Counted from the first letter of the whole stretch, positions 12,000 through 25,001 are shown. The stretch is 57,868 nucleotides of DNA, filler included, from Sphacelaria rigidula (GCA_964200075.2; 7 parts of 7 records of this genome joined end to end with filler, not necessarily neighbours in it), one strand, 5' to 3'. The notes: generated from the sequence alone by a model not told the origin. Translations and numbers: made by a program.

Positions 12000-12620
12000 G
12001 CTCCTCCCTCCCCTGGTGTCACGGAATGGATCAATGCTATCGCACCGCATCGCTTCTTATCGATTATTCTCGTTGGTATTCACGTCCTCGCGTTTCCAAC
12101 ACCGGACATCAGGTACTTCTCGGAATTAGAATTTGTGTTTACCGGACTTCGATCCCTCAATCTTCCACGAAAACAGGTGTCGTTTGCACCAGTTCTTGCA
12201 TCGTGACGCGGCGGCGATGTAGAACGAGAATACTACATCATGCAGCAATTCTGGAAAGAGGTCCCTTCGCACATGGATGAATCCATCAACATTCTGAATA
12301 CGGTGTGTGTGGGGGTAAAGCGAGGGGGGGCAGGATAAAGTTGGTCAACGGAGACGCGCAGCTGTCACCGTGGGTCATTGGTCTAGAAGTGATCCCTTCT
12401 TAGACCATAAACGGCGGCACATACATTTTGAAGTGCGACCCTGCTTCTTCAAGTTCGGGGAAGGTCTATCCAAAATACCATTACAATTGAAGAAGCGCTT
12501 TAGAGAAGTTTCCGGTCGAGCTCTGCCCCGTAATGCGGAGAACACGCGCGTAGGAGCAAACATCATTCATGCACAGATATCGCTGTCGACTGTTCCTGTC
12601 TTTCTGTCGTCACATTAGTG
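12000..12620 (-). mobile_element. Possible heavily decayed CACTA/En-Spm transposase segment
   Basis: Fragments across frames (WIHPC..., NCCMM, CPVLETR) recall the IHACxNDCxL...CPxCxxxR region of CACTA transposases; many stops. Confidence 0.3.
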
Positions 12621-12989
12621 CCGTTGCTTCTCTCGTCGCCGCTTTGTCGTAGTCCTCCATCGTCTTAGGTCGCTACATGCTGCCTAGGGCGGGTTCATGC
12701 TGCCTGTGCTGCCTGTGCTGTCAAATAATGTCTGGTCATGCTCTTGTTGCTGTCATTTTGTGTCGTTGTAGTGTCGCGTGTCACCTCTCACCTGCCGTAT
12801 CCATGGCGGTCCAGTCGTACACGGCGTCACCGTCGTCATCGTCGTCCTCTTCCTCCTCCTCCTCTGTGTCATTAGCCCAGTCTTCGAAATCATCAGACGA
12901 AGACGACGAAGAGTGCCTGAGGTGCAGCGGTTCATCGCACAATCACATGATTAAAACATAATGAGCAGATCAAACTGGCAGAATATCTG

Positions 12990-13895
12990 TCAGCATGGTC
13001 TTCTGCATCTGTTTATACCGCACCTCATTCCCGCCGTATTCCCCCTTCGACCGAGCTTATCAATCACCACCCTAGACTCGCTTGCTCCCGGCGTCTCAAT
13101 ACCATCGCAGTCGTTCACCATCGTGTTCGCAGGAGCGACATGAACTTCACGCTGTTTATTTCGTCCTACTACGCCAGACGTGCCGCCAACATGACGCCCC
13201 TCTTTGTCATCCGCACTACTACTATCATCACCCCACGCCCACATATCACTGTCGGCTTCTGGATCTTGCTGACCGCTGAGTGTTTGCTGAAGGTTACTGG
13301 AAGGGTCATGAATGTTCTCAGTGCCGGGATTCTGGGCTTCTGCGTGGCGTTGAGCGCTGCTGGCCTCCGACGGGAAACACTGAGTGCCGTCCCCACCCGA
13401 CATCAGCGTGGAGTCGTCCGACTCTGAAAATGAGACGTAGCCGTCGGTAGCGGTGGTTTCGCCGGGAGGCTCGTGGTTGGTGGGGGTGTCGTTTGGGTTT
13501 CTCGTCGGTCTCCTGTGCGCGTTGCCGTCACCAACAGCGGCAGTGTTATAGTTAATGTCCATCCTGCTCGCATTGTCGCTGTTGTTGGTGATGATGTTGT
13601 TGTGGTTGCTGTTGTTGCTGTTGCTGTTGTTGTTAACATCGTCATCGTCGTTGTCGTCGTTGTTGTTGTGGTTGTTAGTGGTGGCGGCGGCGGTGGCGGC
13701 GGCGGTGGTGGTAGTGCTGTTCTTCCCGTGGGTTTTCTGGCGTTTGCTCTGCTGTGCTTCTCCCTGCTGCACAGAATCTGAGCCCCCTCGCCTTGAAGTT
13801 CTCGCCGCTGACAGTGGAACATTGGTTGATTGTCCGGCCGAGATGTGTGGGTCATTCTGCACGTTTTCTGGTTTCGGTGCAGAGTCCTGTGGCAT
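12990..13895 (-). CDS. 301-aa low-complexity (Asn/Asp/Thr-rich) ORF, probably TE-associated or a pseudogene
   Basis: ATG-initiated open frame with AAC/GAC triplet repeats and no recognisable domain; upstream of the CACTA-like relic on the same strand. Confidence 0.35.
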   Translation of the reverse strand: MPQDSAPKPENVQNDPHISAGQSTNVPLSAARTSRRGGSDSVQQGEAQQSKRQKTHGKNSTTTTAAATAAATTNNHNNNDDNDDDDVNNNSNSNNSNHNNIITNNSDNASRMDINYNTAAVGDGNAHRRPTRNPNDTPTNHEPPGETTATDGYVSFSESDDSTLMSGGDGTQCFPSEASSAQRHAEAQNPGTENIHDPSSNLQQTLSGQQDPEADSDMWAWGDDSSSADDKEGRHVGGTSGVVGRNKQREVHVAPANTMVNDCDGIETPGASESRVVIDKLGRRGNTAGMRCGINRCRRPC

Positions 13896-16464
13896 TTATG
13901 TTAGCAGTCGTGTGAAACGTGAGGGTTAGTGTCGCAGATGAAGCAAGATCATGTCTTCGGGTCAGGAATACGTTGAGGGTCAAGATCGAGGGTCACGAAT
14001 CAGGGGCAGAGTTGGAGTCAGGGGTTAGGGTTAGAGGTGGAGTTAATATTTCAGCATGAGGGGTTCGGGTTATGGAGGAGGGGTACGATTGGACGTGAGC
14101 AATGCACATTGCAGGCATGTGGAGGATCCATGCCCTGGGTATCCTACGACACGGTAACTTCGTGAGACAGATGGTCGTCGAACGAGTGCATGTTCGCGGT
14201 TTTCATTGAATCAAAACCCGGGCACATATACTGGCTGGTAAAGTCGTACGACTTCGGTTAGCGGTACGAAACGGTTCAGAGCACCGACCCTTTCTGACCG
14301 AGTAGCGTCTCGCGTGTGCAGTGTGTCCCCGGCATGTGTTTAGAAAATCGAGGCCGAAAGCATCTGGTCATTCGCAGGTGCTCCACTCCTCCGTCTACAT
14401 GTCCCAGGAACAGTCGTGTTACGGAATTCGGCAGACTGGGCTGGTTGATAAGTGCTTGGCATGATTTTTTCTGGCACTTTTGTTCGACGACGTGTCTTTT
14501 GAAACCGCCGCCTACGTGATTTCGCTTTTGCACGTCAGTGAGAAGGCGTGAATTTTCGGGCAAAGCGCTTGTACGTGGTCACTAGAGAATAGAAACACGT
14601 GCAGCAAATACTTCAGCAGTATACGCAAAGGAGAAAACAAGGCATCGCCAACAAGGGAGGCAGCACCCAAGACATTGGTAATTCGCTTGGACCCCGAAGG
14701 AGCGCTGCCAAACGAACATCGACCGCAGCGAAACCAAGTAGTATAAACCACACTAACGCAGTATAGCAGTTATTGACACCATACAAATTACACAGAACCC
14801 CACACCGAACTCGAGTAGTACGCTGGACCCGGGAGTGGTGCCACGCAAACGCCATAACCCGATGGTGGTTATCCGCGACAGTACGACAATATCAAGTTTT
14901 CTACAGGATGCTATCAGCGTCCGCGCTGCCCCCCCGATACAAGAAGTTGCAAAATTCCTCGCTTTTGTGCTGCGTACGCACAGGCGATCCCTTGGTGGTG
15001 AAGATGCCCTTCAACGTTCAACCTGGTGGAAGGTTTGCGTCCATAACACGACCTCTACTCTTTCATTCGAATTGGTGATTCATAGAACCTAGCGTCGATC
15101 CAGTTCCCAGAGGGGAACTTGGAGTCTCTACCATTTTCAAACCGCTAACAGAGCAATGAGGACAGTGTACTCTTCAAAGCAAGAGTAGCAAGGTTTCTAA
15201 AAGCCATTCTTCATCATTGATGTATCCGAGAAACGGGCCTCAAGGTCGGCAGTTCGCACGCCTTCTTGACTCCTCGCCAGACAGACGTATGTCAAGGTCA
15301 AGGGTATATTTCCCGCAGCCTCTATATACATGCCGGCGCGTTCACAGGAAAACGGGTTTGGCTAATTACTTATCTCAAACGGGTCTAGCTCGGCTCGAGG
15401 GCGCATCTTATTAAATCGTTTGGGCAGCAGAAAAATGTTCAAGAAGCTGAAATCCGCCGTGGGAGGCCTACGTTATTTTCTGTTACTGTGTCCTTCGTCT
15501 TGTGTTTTGCATTCGTCAGCCCCTACCAGAAGGGCCCAAAACTAAAGAAGTAGCGAATTCGAAAGAATATCTAGCGAAAAGAGGCATGGAACCAATTCGA
15601 TAAGTCTGCCTTATCCCGTGGCCGTGAGGCACGAGCGCTGGAAACATATGCTCGATTTCGACGGGTGAATAGGCAGCTATATACTGTACAAAACCTCAGA
15701 GGTGTAATCAGAATAGCACACTTCGGGTAGATGTGCTTTGTTCTAGTTGAGTTGGTGCCTTATTGAGCAAGCAGAAGCAGCAATCTGCGAGGCTGATGGT
15801 TGCTGCAACATATTATCAACAACGGTCAGCTGTAACCTTCTGTTGGAGGGGTTCAAAAGCCGAACGATATTATCAACTCTATTTCAGCCTGAGACCAGGC
15901 CGAGCGACAAAAGATCGAGCATATCGTGAAATAAATTCCGGAGAGCCACGTCGTAAGCTGATTTACTGAGAGCCGCGGTCGGACTTCTACATCATAATCG
16001 CTGTGTAGCAACTTTAAAGAGGAGGTGACGCTCCCTGCCGTTGGTTAGTAAATTTTGCCGTCGTTTACATCACTTGTACTGAACATGTCTGGACCCAAAC
16101 CGGGCTGAACAAACGAGAATCACTACCAGCCAACAGTTGTGCCGCATTTTCTCAACGTTCGAACGAACGATGATGAGACAAGGGCTGACAAAATGGATGG
16201 ATTTAGCACACATCATTATTGATAGAATGACTTTCGTATAAAAATACCTAATTTAGCAGACATGCACGCCTCCCCTGACTTTTTCAGAGCGACGCCACCT
16301 TTCAATTGACTTTAGTGCGGTCGCACGAGCAAGACATGAAGTACCGAAAGGCTAAGCGAGGCACATGACCGTGGAAGAAATCGAAGGCTTCTACCCCAGC
16401 CTGGTGGGACCACACACAACAGTGTTTTCTCGAGATTGGGAGTAGATGATACGATGGAGAGTGA

Positions 16465-16564
16465 NNNNNNNNNNNNNNNNNNNNNNNNNNNNNNNNNNNN
16501 NNNNNNNNTTAATTAATTAANNNNNNNNNNNNNNNNNNNNNNNNNNNNNNNNNNNNNNNNNNNN
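16465..16564. other. Artificial contig linker
   Basis: Same 100-bp structure. Confidence 0.97.
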
Positions 16565-17077
16565 GTACCTTTCCTAGGCAAAAAACGAGAAGGTATACCT
16601 TTTCTAGGCCATTGCCCAAATATGAAATCACACCCATACCCCCGGGGCATAAATGAATGAAAGATACTGCATAGATGGGCAGGGCATAACGGCGATAAAA
16701 AAAGAGGGGATGAAAGGGAAGGGCAATATATTGCCGACAAAAACAAGCCGACTGCAAGCCTGCAAAATGAATCTTCGACATGGAACACGTGACGAGGTAT
16801 CCATTCAGTGTGGCGTTGTATAACACCCCCGGTTCAACAGAAGAACAAGGACATATGACACTCTAGAAAGCAAGAAAATACGCAAACCAACTCGCAAACT
16901 AGAATAGAATGACTGCTTACCGATAACAAAACATTCTTGAAGTCATCCTACTCTTCGACCCTGGTGATTTTATCAAGATTCAATGTTCAATCGAAGGAAA
17001 AAAGTCAAAAGGGAAACGTGTCTTTTGAGCACTGCGGTTGGTCTTGAGGTAGAAGCTGGAAAGGTGATGCCGTTGTC

Positions 17078-17371
17078 CTGGACGTAGCTGTTCATTGGCG
17101 TTTGGATCCTAGAGTTGGTGACGCGCGTGTCGGGGGGTATTGCCCCTGCCGATCTTCGGTACCGCACTGCTCCAGTTAGCTCAAAATACAAAATAAAAAA
17201 TGAATACATGCCTTCGGGGCTCCTCCGTCCATCTGAGATAAAAACTGAGAAGCTGACGATTTTATACTGGATGTAGCTGCTCACTGGCGTTTGGATGCTA
17301 GAGTTGGTGACGCGCGTGTCGGGGGGTGTTTCCCCTGCCGCTCTTCGGTACCGTACTGCTCCAGTTAGCTC
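17078..17371. repeat. ~105-bp direct repeat, two copies, period 189 bp
   Basis: 17078-17182 and 17267-17371 are near-identical; they lie just inside the PBS of the minus-strand LTR. Confidence 0.9.
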
Positions 17372-17564
17372 TTGTGATGCTGCGATGCTGTCCGTAGATG
17401 TTGTGTTCCTTCTTCTTGTAGTCTGCGGCGTATGCGCGATTTGATGCCTCGCAGTTGAAAAACCCGTTTTAACTCTCCCTTTGAATAGAGATCTTTTACA
17501 TCATGTTTGACGCTTTCAGAAACCCTAAGGTTACCTGCGCGAAGCGTAGCCTGGTCGCTAGCGT

Positions 17565-17950
17565 AAAGGCTGACTTACCTGCTCGGCGTAATGGTCCATG
17601 TTTGAAAGGGGTCGTGGGGCCTCCGTTGATGTATTAATTCCCCAGTAGAAAAGTGAATATTATACCCTCCATGTAAAATGTAGAAACCCCATGTGTGCAC
17701 TCATACACACCGCAAAACACACTCACAGAACGCACACTGAACGCACACCGAACGAGGTGGGTCGGGAAATCGCTCATACAAAATCACACATCATAATCTC
17801 ATCTTTTCGCCACGCGAGAAGGCGTGTGCCCCCAGTAGATATGTACTGCAAGCACTACATCGGGTATACCTCAAATAACAGGAAAAATCTCTTATTCGTA
17901 CTTCTCCTGTATGCCATGATCCAATCTTGATATCCATTTCCCTTGTATCC
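17565..17950 (-). mobile_element. Partial LTR plus PBS-like sequence (minus orientation)
   Basis: The reverse complement ends ...CCCCTTTCAAACA and is followed by TGGACCATTACGCCGAGCAGG; homologous to ~20975-21330. Confidence 0.7.
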
Positions 17951-18599
17951 ACTACACGTTTTCCACCACGGGACGCCGCTCGTCGGAGGGGAGGAGGTTC
18001 ATGGCAGCACCGCCGCCGCCGTCGCCACACCGCTGCTCCCGCCGACGTATCACACAGTGGAGTTCGAGTTGCCGCCGCCGCCACGCCAGCGGGCTCCGCC
18101 GACTCAGCCGATGCTGCCGCCGCCGCGCCCGTTGAATCAGCCGACTCAGCCGATACTACCACAGCCGCCGCGACCAACATTTCCACTGGTGCAGCACACG
18201 CCGCCGCGCCCGTCCACTCCGCCGATGCGTCGATCGCCGCCGACATCCCCGCCGATTTTCTCCGGCTCTTCGGCCCCGATCCCATCCCCGATACCATCAG
18301 CATCTTCCTCGACTGCGTCGCGCGGGGCATCATCCGCCCCTGAAGTGATGGGCCATTCTTTCTCGCCGCTCCCAATGAAATTGAGAAAGAAGATGGATCT
18401 GGAAACAGACCCCCGGCAGCCAGGGCGGACGCGGTCAGGGTCGACGCAATACAAGACAGACAAGGCTGCACTCTTGCACCACAGCTCGGGACTCATGCAA
18501 CAGTTGGATAAGCGATCTTTGCTGTCTGCTCTCCTCACGCGCGGCGTAGTTGATGCCGGGCGACAGGGCAAGGATGGTGAGAAAGGGGGGCGCGGGGGG

Positions 18600-20241
18600 A
18601 TACCGATGTGACTTGCGACGAGGCTGGCGACGCGTGAAGATATAGATGCCGCTTTGCGCGAGCATCGCCCGCCGCACATCCCACCGGAATTCCCACAATG
18701 TCCAGCAAAGGATCTCAAGGTCCCCAACGGATACACGCACGCGGTGCGCTCGGAGCACGGTGATTTATTGAGGGACTCGATGGAGGGAATGGCGGGGAAT
18801 TCTGGAGGCGAGGACGATTGATTCAGCGGAAGAGCAACTCGTGGACAACTATATACATGCAAAGTGGGTATATAACTCGAAGGCGGACGAGTTTAGATGG
18901 CCCACGAAGATGAAGTCGAGACTAGTAGCAAGAGGAGATATGCAGAGGGAGAACATAGATTTTGGAGAGTTGTATGCCTCCACTGTAGCAGTTTCTAGCG
19001 CACGTTTGTTGGCGACTCTGGCTTGTGAGCAAAATATTGCGTTGCGTCATTTTTATATCGAACAAGCTTTTGTGTAGTCTAAGTTGGACGAGGACGTTTT
19101 CATGCGGTTGCCACTTGGTTGTGGAAGCTCATCTGGTAAAATAGTAAGACTCAACAAAAGTTTTTACGGATTGAAACAGGCAAGTAGGCAGCGGCATAAT
19201 CACCTGGCGGAGTGTTTATTTGTTTGGGGATTTGATCAGTGCTTGGCGGATTCATGTGTATTTCGGTTGATTGAGGATGGCAGGGTGATGATCACCATTG
19301 TAGTACATGTAGATGATATATTCGCAGTGGGAGAGAGGGACAGATGTGACGAGTTTGGTAAAGCTCTCAACAGGACGGTTCCAGTCAAGAACCTCGGGGA
19401 TTTGCGTTGGTATTCTGGACTGTACTATGAGAGAGAAATTGCAAGGGGGACTCTAAATATTCCACAAAAAACATACGCAGAAGAGTTGGCGAACGATTAC
19501 GGAATAGAGTGGGGAAAGAGTATCCCCATCGCTGTTGGTGTGAAGCTTGAAGAGTTCAGTGTAGAAGAGCAGGCAACGGAATTTCCATTTCGGGAACTTA
19601 TAGGGTCACTGATGTGGCTGGCAACTCAAACGAGGTCAGACATATATAACGCAGTACGTGCAGTAGCGAGGTACTGTGCCTCACCAAAACACCTTCGTTG
19701 GCGTGCTGCGCTTGGTGTTTTGGGGTATATCAAGCGAACAAGTTCGCTGGGGATTTCTTTTCGCAGAGGAAGTATACAGGGGCTGAGCTTTCATGTGTTT
19801 GCAGATGCCGACTACGCAAGTACGGCAGCTGATAGGCGATCGATATCAGGAGGGCTAGTGATGTGAGGAGGTGGATGTGTGTCTTGGTTTTCAAGGAGTC
19901 AGAAGTGTGTGACGCTGTCCACAACGGGAGCAGAGTACGTTGCCATGACAGATATTCTGAAGGAGGTATCGTTTTTGAGACAGGTTTGGCGTTTCATGTT
20001 GCCGTAGATGGGAATGCCATGCATCCCGGTGTTTGAGGATAATCAGGGAGCTATTGAGTTGGCAAAGCACCCAACCACGAACTCCAACTCCAAGCACATC
20101 GACGTACGGCATCATTTTATCAGAGAGTTGGTTGGGAGGAATGAGGTTTCGGTTATTCACGTGAGATCGGAGTATCAACATGCAGATTTCCTCACTAAAG
20201 TGTTGCCGATAGAGTCTTTTGAGTCTCATCGCAACCATTGA
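18600..20241 (+). mobile_element. Degenerate Ty1/Copia pol (RT plus RNase H)
   Basis: KSRLVARG, YGLKQASR, VVHVDD, FRELIGSLMWLATQTR, FADADYA, FEDNQGAI, SKHIDVRHHFIRE, QHADFLTK; several in-frame stops. Confidence 0.95.
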
Positions 20242-20721
20242 AAATTATTTTGTCTGCAAAACAAAATCAAATCCGGCCGTACTTGTCCAGATTATAAAAA
20301 TAATTTACTGCAAAATTGAAATTCTTGCAACTATGGCCTCGTACCCCTACGTTTCCGGGGTAGATAAATGTCCCCGAAAACAAATCAAACCAATTCAAAC
20401 CACACCAATGGTTTTTAGTGTTGAATTTCGATCTTCGACGGGTACGATCGGATATGAATTTTTTGTTGTAGACGAAGTATTTTTTCAACGATTTTCAGTG
20501 ATGAACTTCGAGTGTCACAAAATTTCCCGTAGTAAATATCGGAAACTGGACTGGTTTTCGACTTTGCGTTCGGTTGATGTATTTTTCAATATTGTCGAAT
20601 ATATCTCTGGGAGTTTCGTCATTTTGGTTTGCGATGATTTGAGTTTTGAACCCAAATCGTTTTTCAGTACTGAAAGGCGTGATGGGATAGATGAAGAGCA
20701 TGAATATGTCATGACGTATTG

Positions 20722-21330
20722 AGGGGAAGGACTAAAGGAAGGGGTTTCAGTTTGCTAAGTAGATGACGTTACCGTATGTCTGTACACGGGTGGGATGATG
20801 TTTTTTGTGCTTGGAAATATAGGATTGAATATTGTCGTTTTCGGGATGAATCATCCTTGTACACTCAGATGAAAATACGTCGATTAGGGTTTGAGACATG
20901 AGTAGAGTTGAGCCATGAGTAGGAGGGCTGATCGAGTATACTCACACTCAATGATAGATACATGTAAACAGGCCTGGATGCCAGGGAAGTGGATATTATG
21001 AGTGGATCATGACATATGGGTGAAGGGCAAATAAGAGATACAGTTCTGTTATTCAAGGTATACCCGATGTGTTGGTTGCAGCAAAAATCTGCAGAGAGGC
21101 ACACGCCCAATCGCGTGGCCAAGGAATCAGACTTTGACGTGTTATTTTTGCACGAGTGGTTTTTCATGATTGAACCCCGCCCCCTCTTTGGTAGTGCACT
21201 TGTTAGGTTTTGACGTTTTGGGTGGGAAGTGTAATATACATTGATCAACAAGGGAATCAATTCAACAACAGAGGTCCCACGACCTTTCTCAAACATAGAC
21301 CCTTGCGCCGAGGAGGAAATTCAGCCTTTA
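20722..21330 (+). mobile_element. PPT-like purine tract, LTR and PBS-like remnant downstream of Copia pol
   Basis: GAGGGGAAGG at 20722; ~20975-21330 is an inverted homologue of 17565-17950; CAAACA is followed by TAGACCCTTGCGCCGAGG. Confidence 0.6.
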
Positions 21331-23682
21331 ACACCTTTCCACCCCTCCAATCGCTGTGCCAATGCCTTCGACGCAGACGCCACGCATTCCTCCGGGTTGA
21401 AAATGTACGCTAGAATTCGGTGATCCGTGAAAAAGTGCACGCCATTCCACGATAGATGCTCGAGACGACCAAAAGTGCTCACGATAGCAAAACCTTCCTT
21501 GTCAAATGTTGCCCAACGCATCTGTGAGCCCTTGAAATTACCACTAAGAAAAGCCAGCAATTCAAGCGTCATGTCTTCAACCGGCAACCGTTGTTGCATT
21601 TCTGCGTCAGGAACCTGCGTTAGAAAACTACCCCAATGACACTCGGATGCATCCGGAAATATCAGCTCCTGGCAACCGGGGCGGGGATGGAACAGCGTCA
21701 TAGCATGAGCCACCATATCATTCGTTTCCGCCCATGCCTGCAGCCTGTCTTCCGTCCACGATGCGGGCGGAATAACGCGGTTTTTGGCCACCCGCTTCGT
21801 GCGCCTTGCAGCCCCCACCATGAGTTCTTCTAGGAAACCGCGCAAGGGCGCCACTACTTCGGCCATACGTAGCAGCGAGGTACGCAACCCCTTCATTACG
21901 TGCAGGAATTGCAACAGTTCTGCTGCTCCTTCTGGACGCCGCATGTTAAACAAACTTTACAAGCGGACCGGATCATGCGAGACGCGGCCATGTGAATATA
22001 CTTTCCCACACCACACTAATTCACCAGCAAAAAAGTTATAGTTGTGGGCAGCTGTAAACAGACCAACACTCTCTAAGCGAGCCAAGATTGCATCAAGCGT
22101 ATCCAACAATTCGTCTTCCGTATCCGCGAAGGAAGAGACATCATCCACTCAAATCTTGCATTTCAAGCCATCTAACAGGTCTACCATGACACCTTGAAAA
22201 TAGGAAGTAGCATTGAACACGCCTTGCGGTACTCGTCGCGGGGTAAACATGCCAAACGGAGTCGTGATGGTGAATATCTCTTGCGCCTCTTCGGCCAACG
22301 GCATCTGCCAGTACCCCTGTAGGAGGTCCAACTTACCGAAGCATCGCGCACTCAGCAGGTCTATCATATCGGATTCCTGATTGGGCATGACACCCAGCGA
22401 CTTCTCCATCTGATCATTGGATGGCTCCGTCATCGCTGACAAGACGGAAAGAGTCCTTCTTCGGCACCGCCATCGCTGAACTGGACCACACCGCCCGTAG
22501 ATTCCTGAACACCATCCCAAACGCCACAAGAGCTCCCATGCAAGACGCTAACCAACTGGACTTTACCGGATCATATCTCCTCGGTTTTGCCTTCACCGCG
22601 GCCGCCTCTGGCTTCAGTGTAACCCTCATGGGTTCCACGCGTGCATGGGGATCACCCATCAGCGCATGACAAAACGCGTCAATGTGGCGATACAATATGC
22701 CACGCAAGCGCTCCGCTTTTGAGATATTGAGGCCATTTGCCACAGCACCCGTCATGCTTTCCTCCGGCGCAGCCATTCGCGCGGACTCCTTTCCTGCCGG
22801 ATCCATAAATATACCGGGGCCACGCTTCACTAAGCGTCCCACCGCCCCATCACACTCCTCGGACACCTGCCCCCCCGTCTCCTGGAGAGCATCAACCGAC
22901 GAGCTCACTCTGCGACTGGCCAAAAAAGCAAGCGTTTCGACACCCGAACCGAGCGACGGCATTTGCGTTTTTAGGAACTCTAACAGCCGATCATACGAAT
23001 CGACTCCTAGTCCCCGAAGCGTCGGTAAGCCCAATAGAACTACACCATCCGTCCCCGGCATGATCGCAAACGATATCGGGGGTAATTTCGCTGGCCCCCA
23101 GGTAGTCCTGAACGCCAACTGTAGGGGAATCGTGCGCTCCGTCACATTTATATGCTGCCCCGATGCGGTAATGGCCTGCCGCGCCACGAGCGAGAACGGA
23201 ATGCGGATTTGCTCACCAGGGAGTAGACGCTCCAGCATTTCCACAATCAGCACCGACACGCTCGTGAAATGGGCGCCTGAACCCAACACAGCGTTGACCG
23301 ATATGGCTCCCCACGCCCGTTTATTTGGGAGGAAATATATTGATCCTCGACCGGCACCTGCTCCGCCGACTGATTTGTCGTTATCCCCACTTGGCGCCAC
23401 GGTTGCGCGTGCGGCGCAGGCATAGACACCCCCGCCGGGGTCACCGGCCCGCCGGCGGGTACGAAGCCCCGCCCGCAGAACCAAATTGCAGCGGTACTCC
23501 GGCCGACGCAGCAGCGAATCAAAATTTCAGCTGAAATCCGGCCTGTCTTACTCTGCTGCCGGCGGCGCCGGGACCGAGCCCGACACTAGGGTGGTCGGTC
23601 CCACCTGCACCGCCCGTTGCGGAGCAGCAGCCCCTGTGGCTGAGCCGGACCTAGAACCGGACCCCTGCTGACGCCGCTGCCC

Positions 23683-23713
<31 letters not shown>

Positions 23714-24650
23714 AACTGGGAACTCGACTGTACACCTCCACCGCTGGAGGATCCGCCTCCGCCACCACCCCGATTACTTTTTCCTCCGTTGTGATCGCGA
23801 GGGCGCGCGTCACTCGTCTGCCCAGACTCGCCCTTGGAAGGTGTTAGGCACTTGCGTGCGTAGTGGCCTACCTGGCCAGACTGAAAGCAAGTGACGTTGG
23901 CAGCGGCCCTGCCTGCAGATTTTAATCGCGGTTACGCGAGCTCAAAGACTGTGGCGATGAAGTGGATGATTTCCTAAATACTCCAGTCTTCCACCATGCC
24001 TGAGCCTCAGCCACCACGGTATCCATAACTAAGTACGGGTCTGACTTCCAATTGGTTTCGTGCTGTAATTTCACAAGCACGGCCTGTTTGAATTCCGCCG
24101 GTGCCAGACCCTCCATCATCGCTTTTGTAATCACCGCAGCGGGCCCTGAACAGAATTTCCCATCCGAGGAACGATGAATCATCTCGACGTTGGGATTTTC
24201 CCAAAAATATGTCTCCAAATTTCCCATGATTGGCTCCACCCTCTCACGCATGGTCTTCCCCTTGTGGTTCATGGCGACAGCCTCCGCCACGGCCGCGGAT
24301 GCCTGTGTTAGCTCTACCTCAGCGCCTGCCGCATGCCCTGAATGCTTCGTGATTGCTGCAGCCAATTGCAGCGGCGTTATTGTGTTCTTCTCATGAAACC
24401 CTCTCGCAAAAACGCGTTGGAGGGGGGTAAGGACGAGTTACACCATGGAAACCACCTGATGCCTTACCACACCCCTCGCATTCGCATGCTCCACCCGCTT
24501 CTTATATTGCACGTATTTCGTATAAAACGAACGGGAAGTACACTCATAATACAAATTCCCCTAACTGGGAGGCCGCAACTCTTCTCTCAGGACAACTGGG
24601 GTTACGGTCGTCTCCGCTGGTTCTTCGGCCGGCACCTCTTTTTTTTTTTT
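21331..24650 (-). mobile_element. Degenerate Ty3/Gypsy retrotransposon (gag, Zn knuckle, protease, RT, RNase H; integrase missing)
   Basis: Gag-like ORF 23922-24365; broken knuckle CFQSGQVGHYARKC; protease AVLGSGA (catalytic Asp replaced by Gly); RT LDLLQGYWQ, PQG and VDD; RNase H DASECHWG and FTDHR; stops and frameshifts. Confidence 0.92.
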
Positions 24651-24745
24651 TTTCCTCACACTTTGAACCACTCCCCTTCCTCGGGATGAGTCCGTGGTGT
24701 CAAGGGATCGACCCATCTTTCCCCCGGTACGTGCCTTTCATTTTG

Positions 24746-24845
24746 NNNNNNNNNNNNNNNNNNNNNNNNNNNNNNNNNNNNNNNNNNNNTTAATTAATTA
24801 ANNNNNNNNNNNNNNNNNNNNNNNNNNNNNNNNNNNNNNNNNNNN
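24746..24845. other. Artificial contig linker
   Basis: Same 100-bp structure. Confidence 0.97.
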
Positions 24846-25001
24846 CCCTGCTTGGCCTTGCGGCGCAGTGCTTATCGGACTCGATGGTCTGTTACTCACG
24901 AGCTCAAGGGTCATTCCTCTCGACTGCGATTGTTCAATGTGGCCAGCCGCTGACCTCGTGTCACCCCTGGCCGGGCGTGTTCTTTGAGAGTGACGCCAGT
25001 A

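Noticed and set aside
14100-16464. Possible viral or transposon coding relic
   Set aside because: No motif could be recognised in the frames examined
16565-16835. Minus-strand GGGGG-TGTTATA resembling a PPT and the start of another LTR
   Set aside because: No partner LTR in the contig and it does not match the other two LTRs, so it cannot be supported
17791-18862. Ala/Pro-rich ORFs in several frames
   Set aside because: Most likely the low-complexity spacer upstream of the Copia RT rather than host genes
20219-20722. 167-aa ORF after Copia RNase H as an env-like extra gene
   Set aside because: AT-rich sequence between pol and the PPT with no recognisable domain
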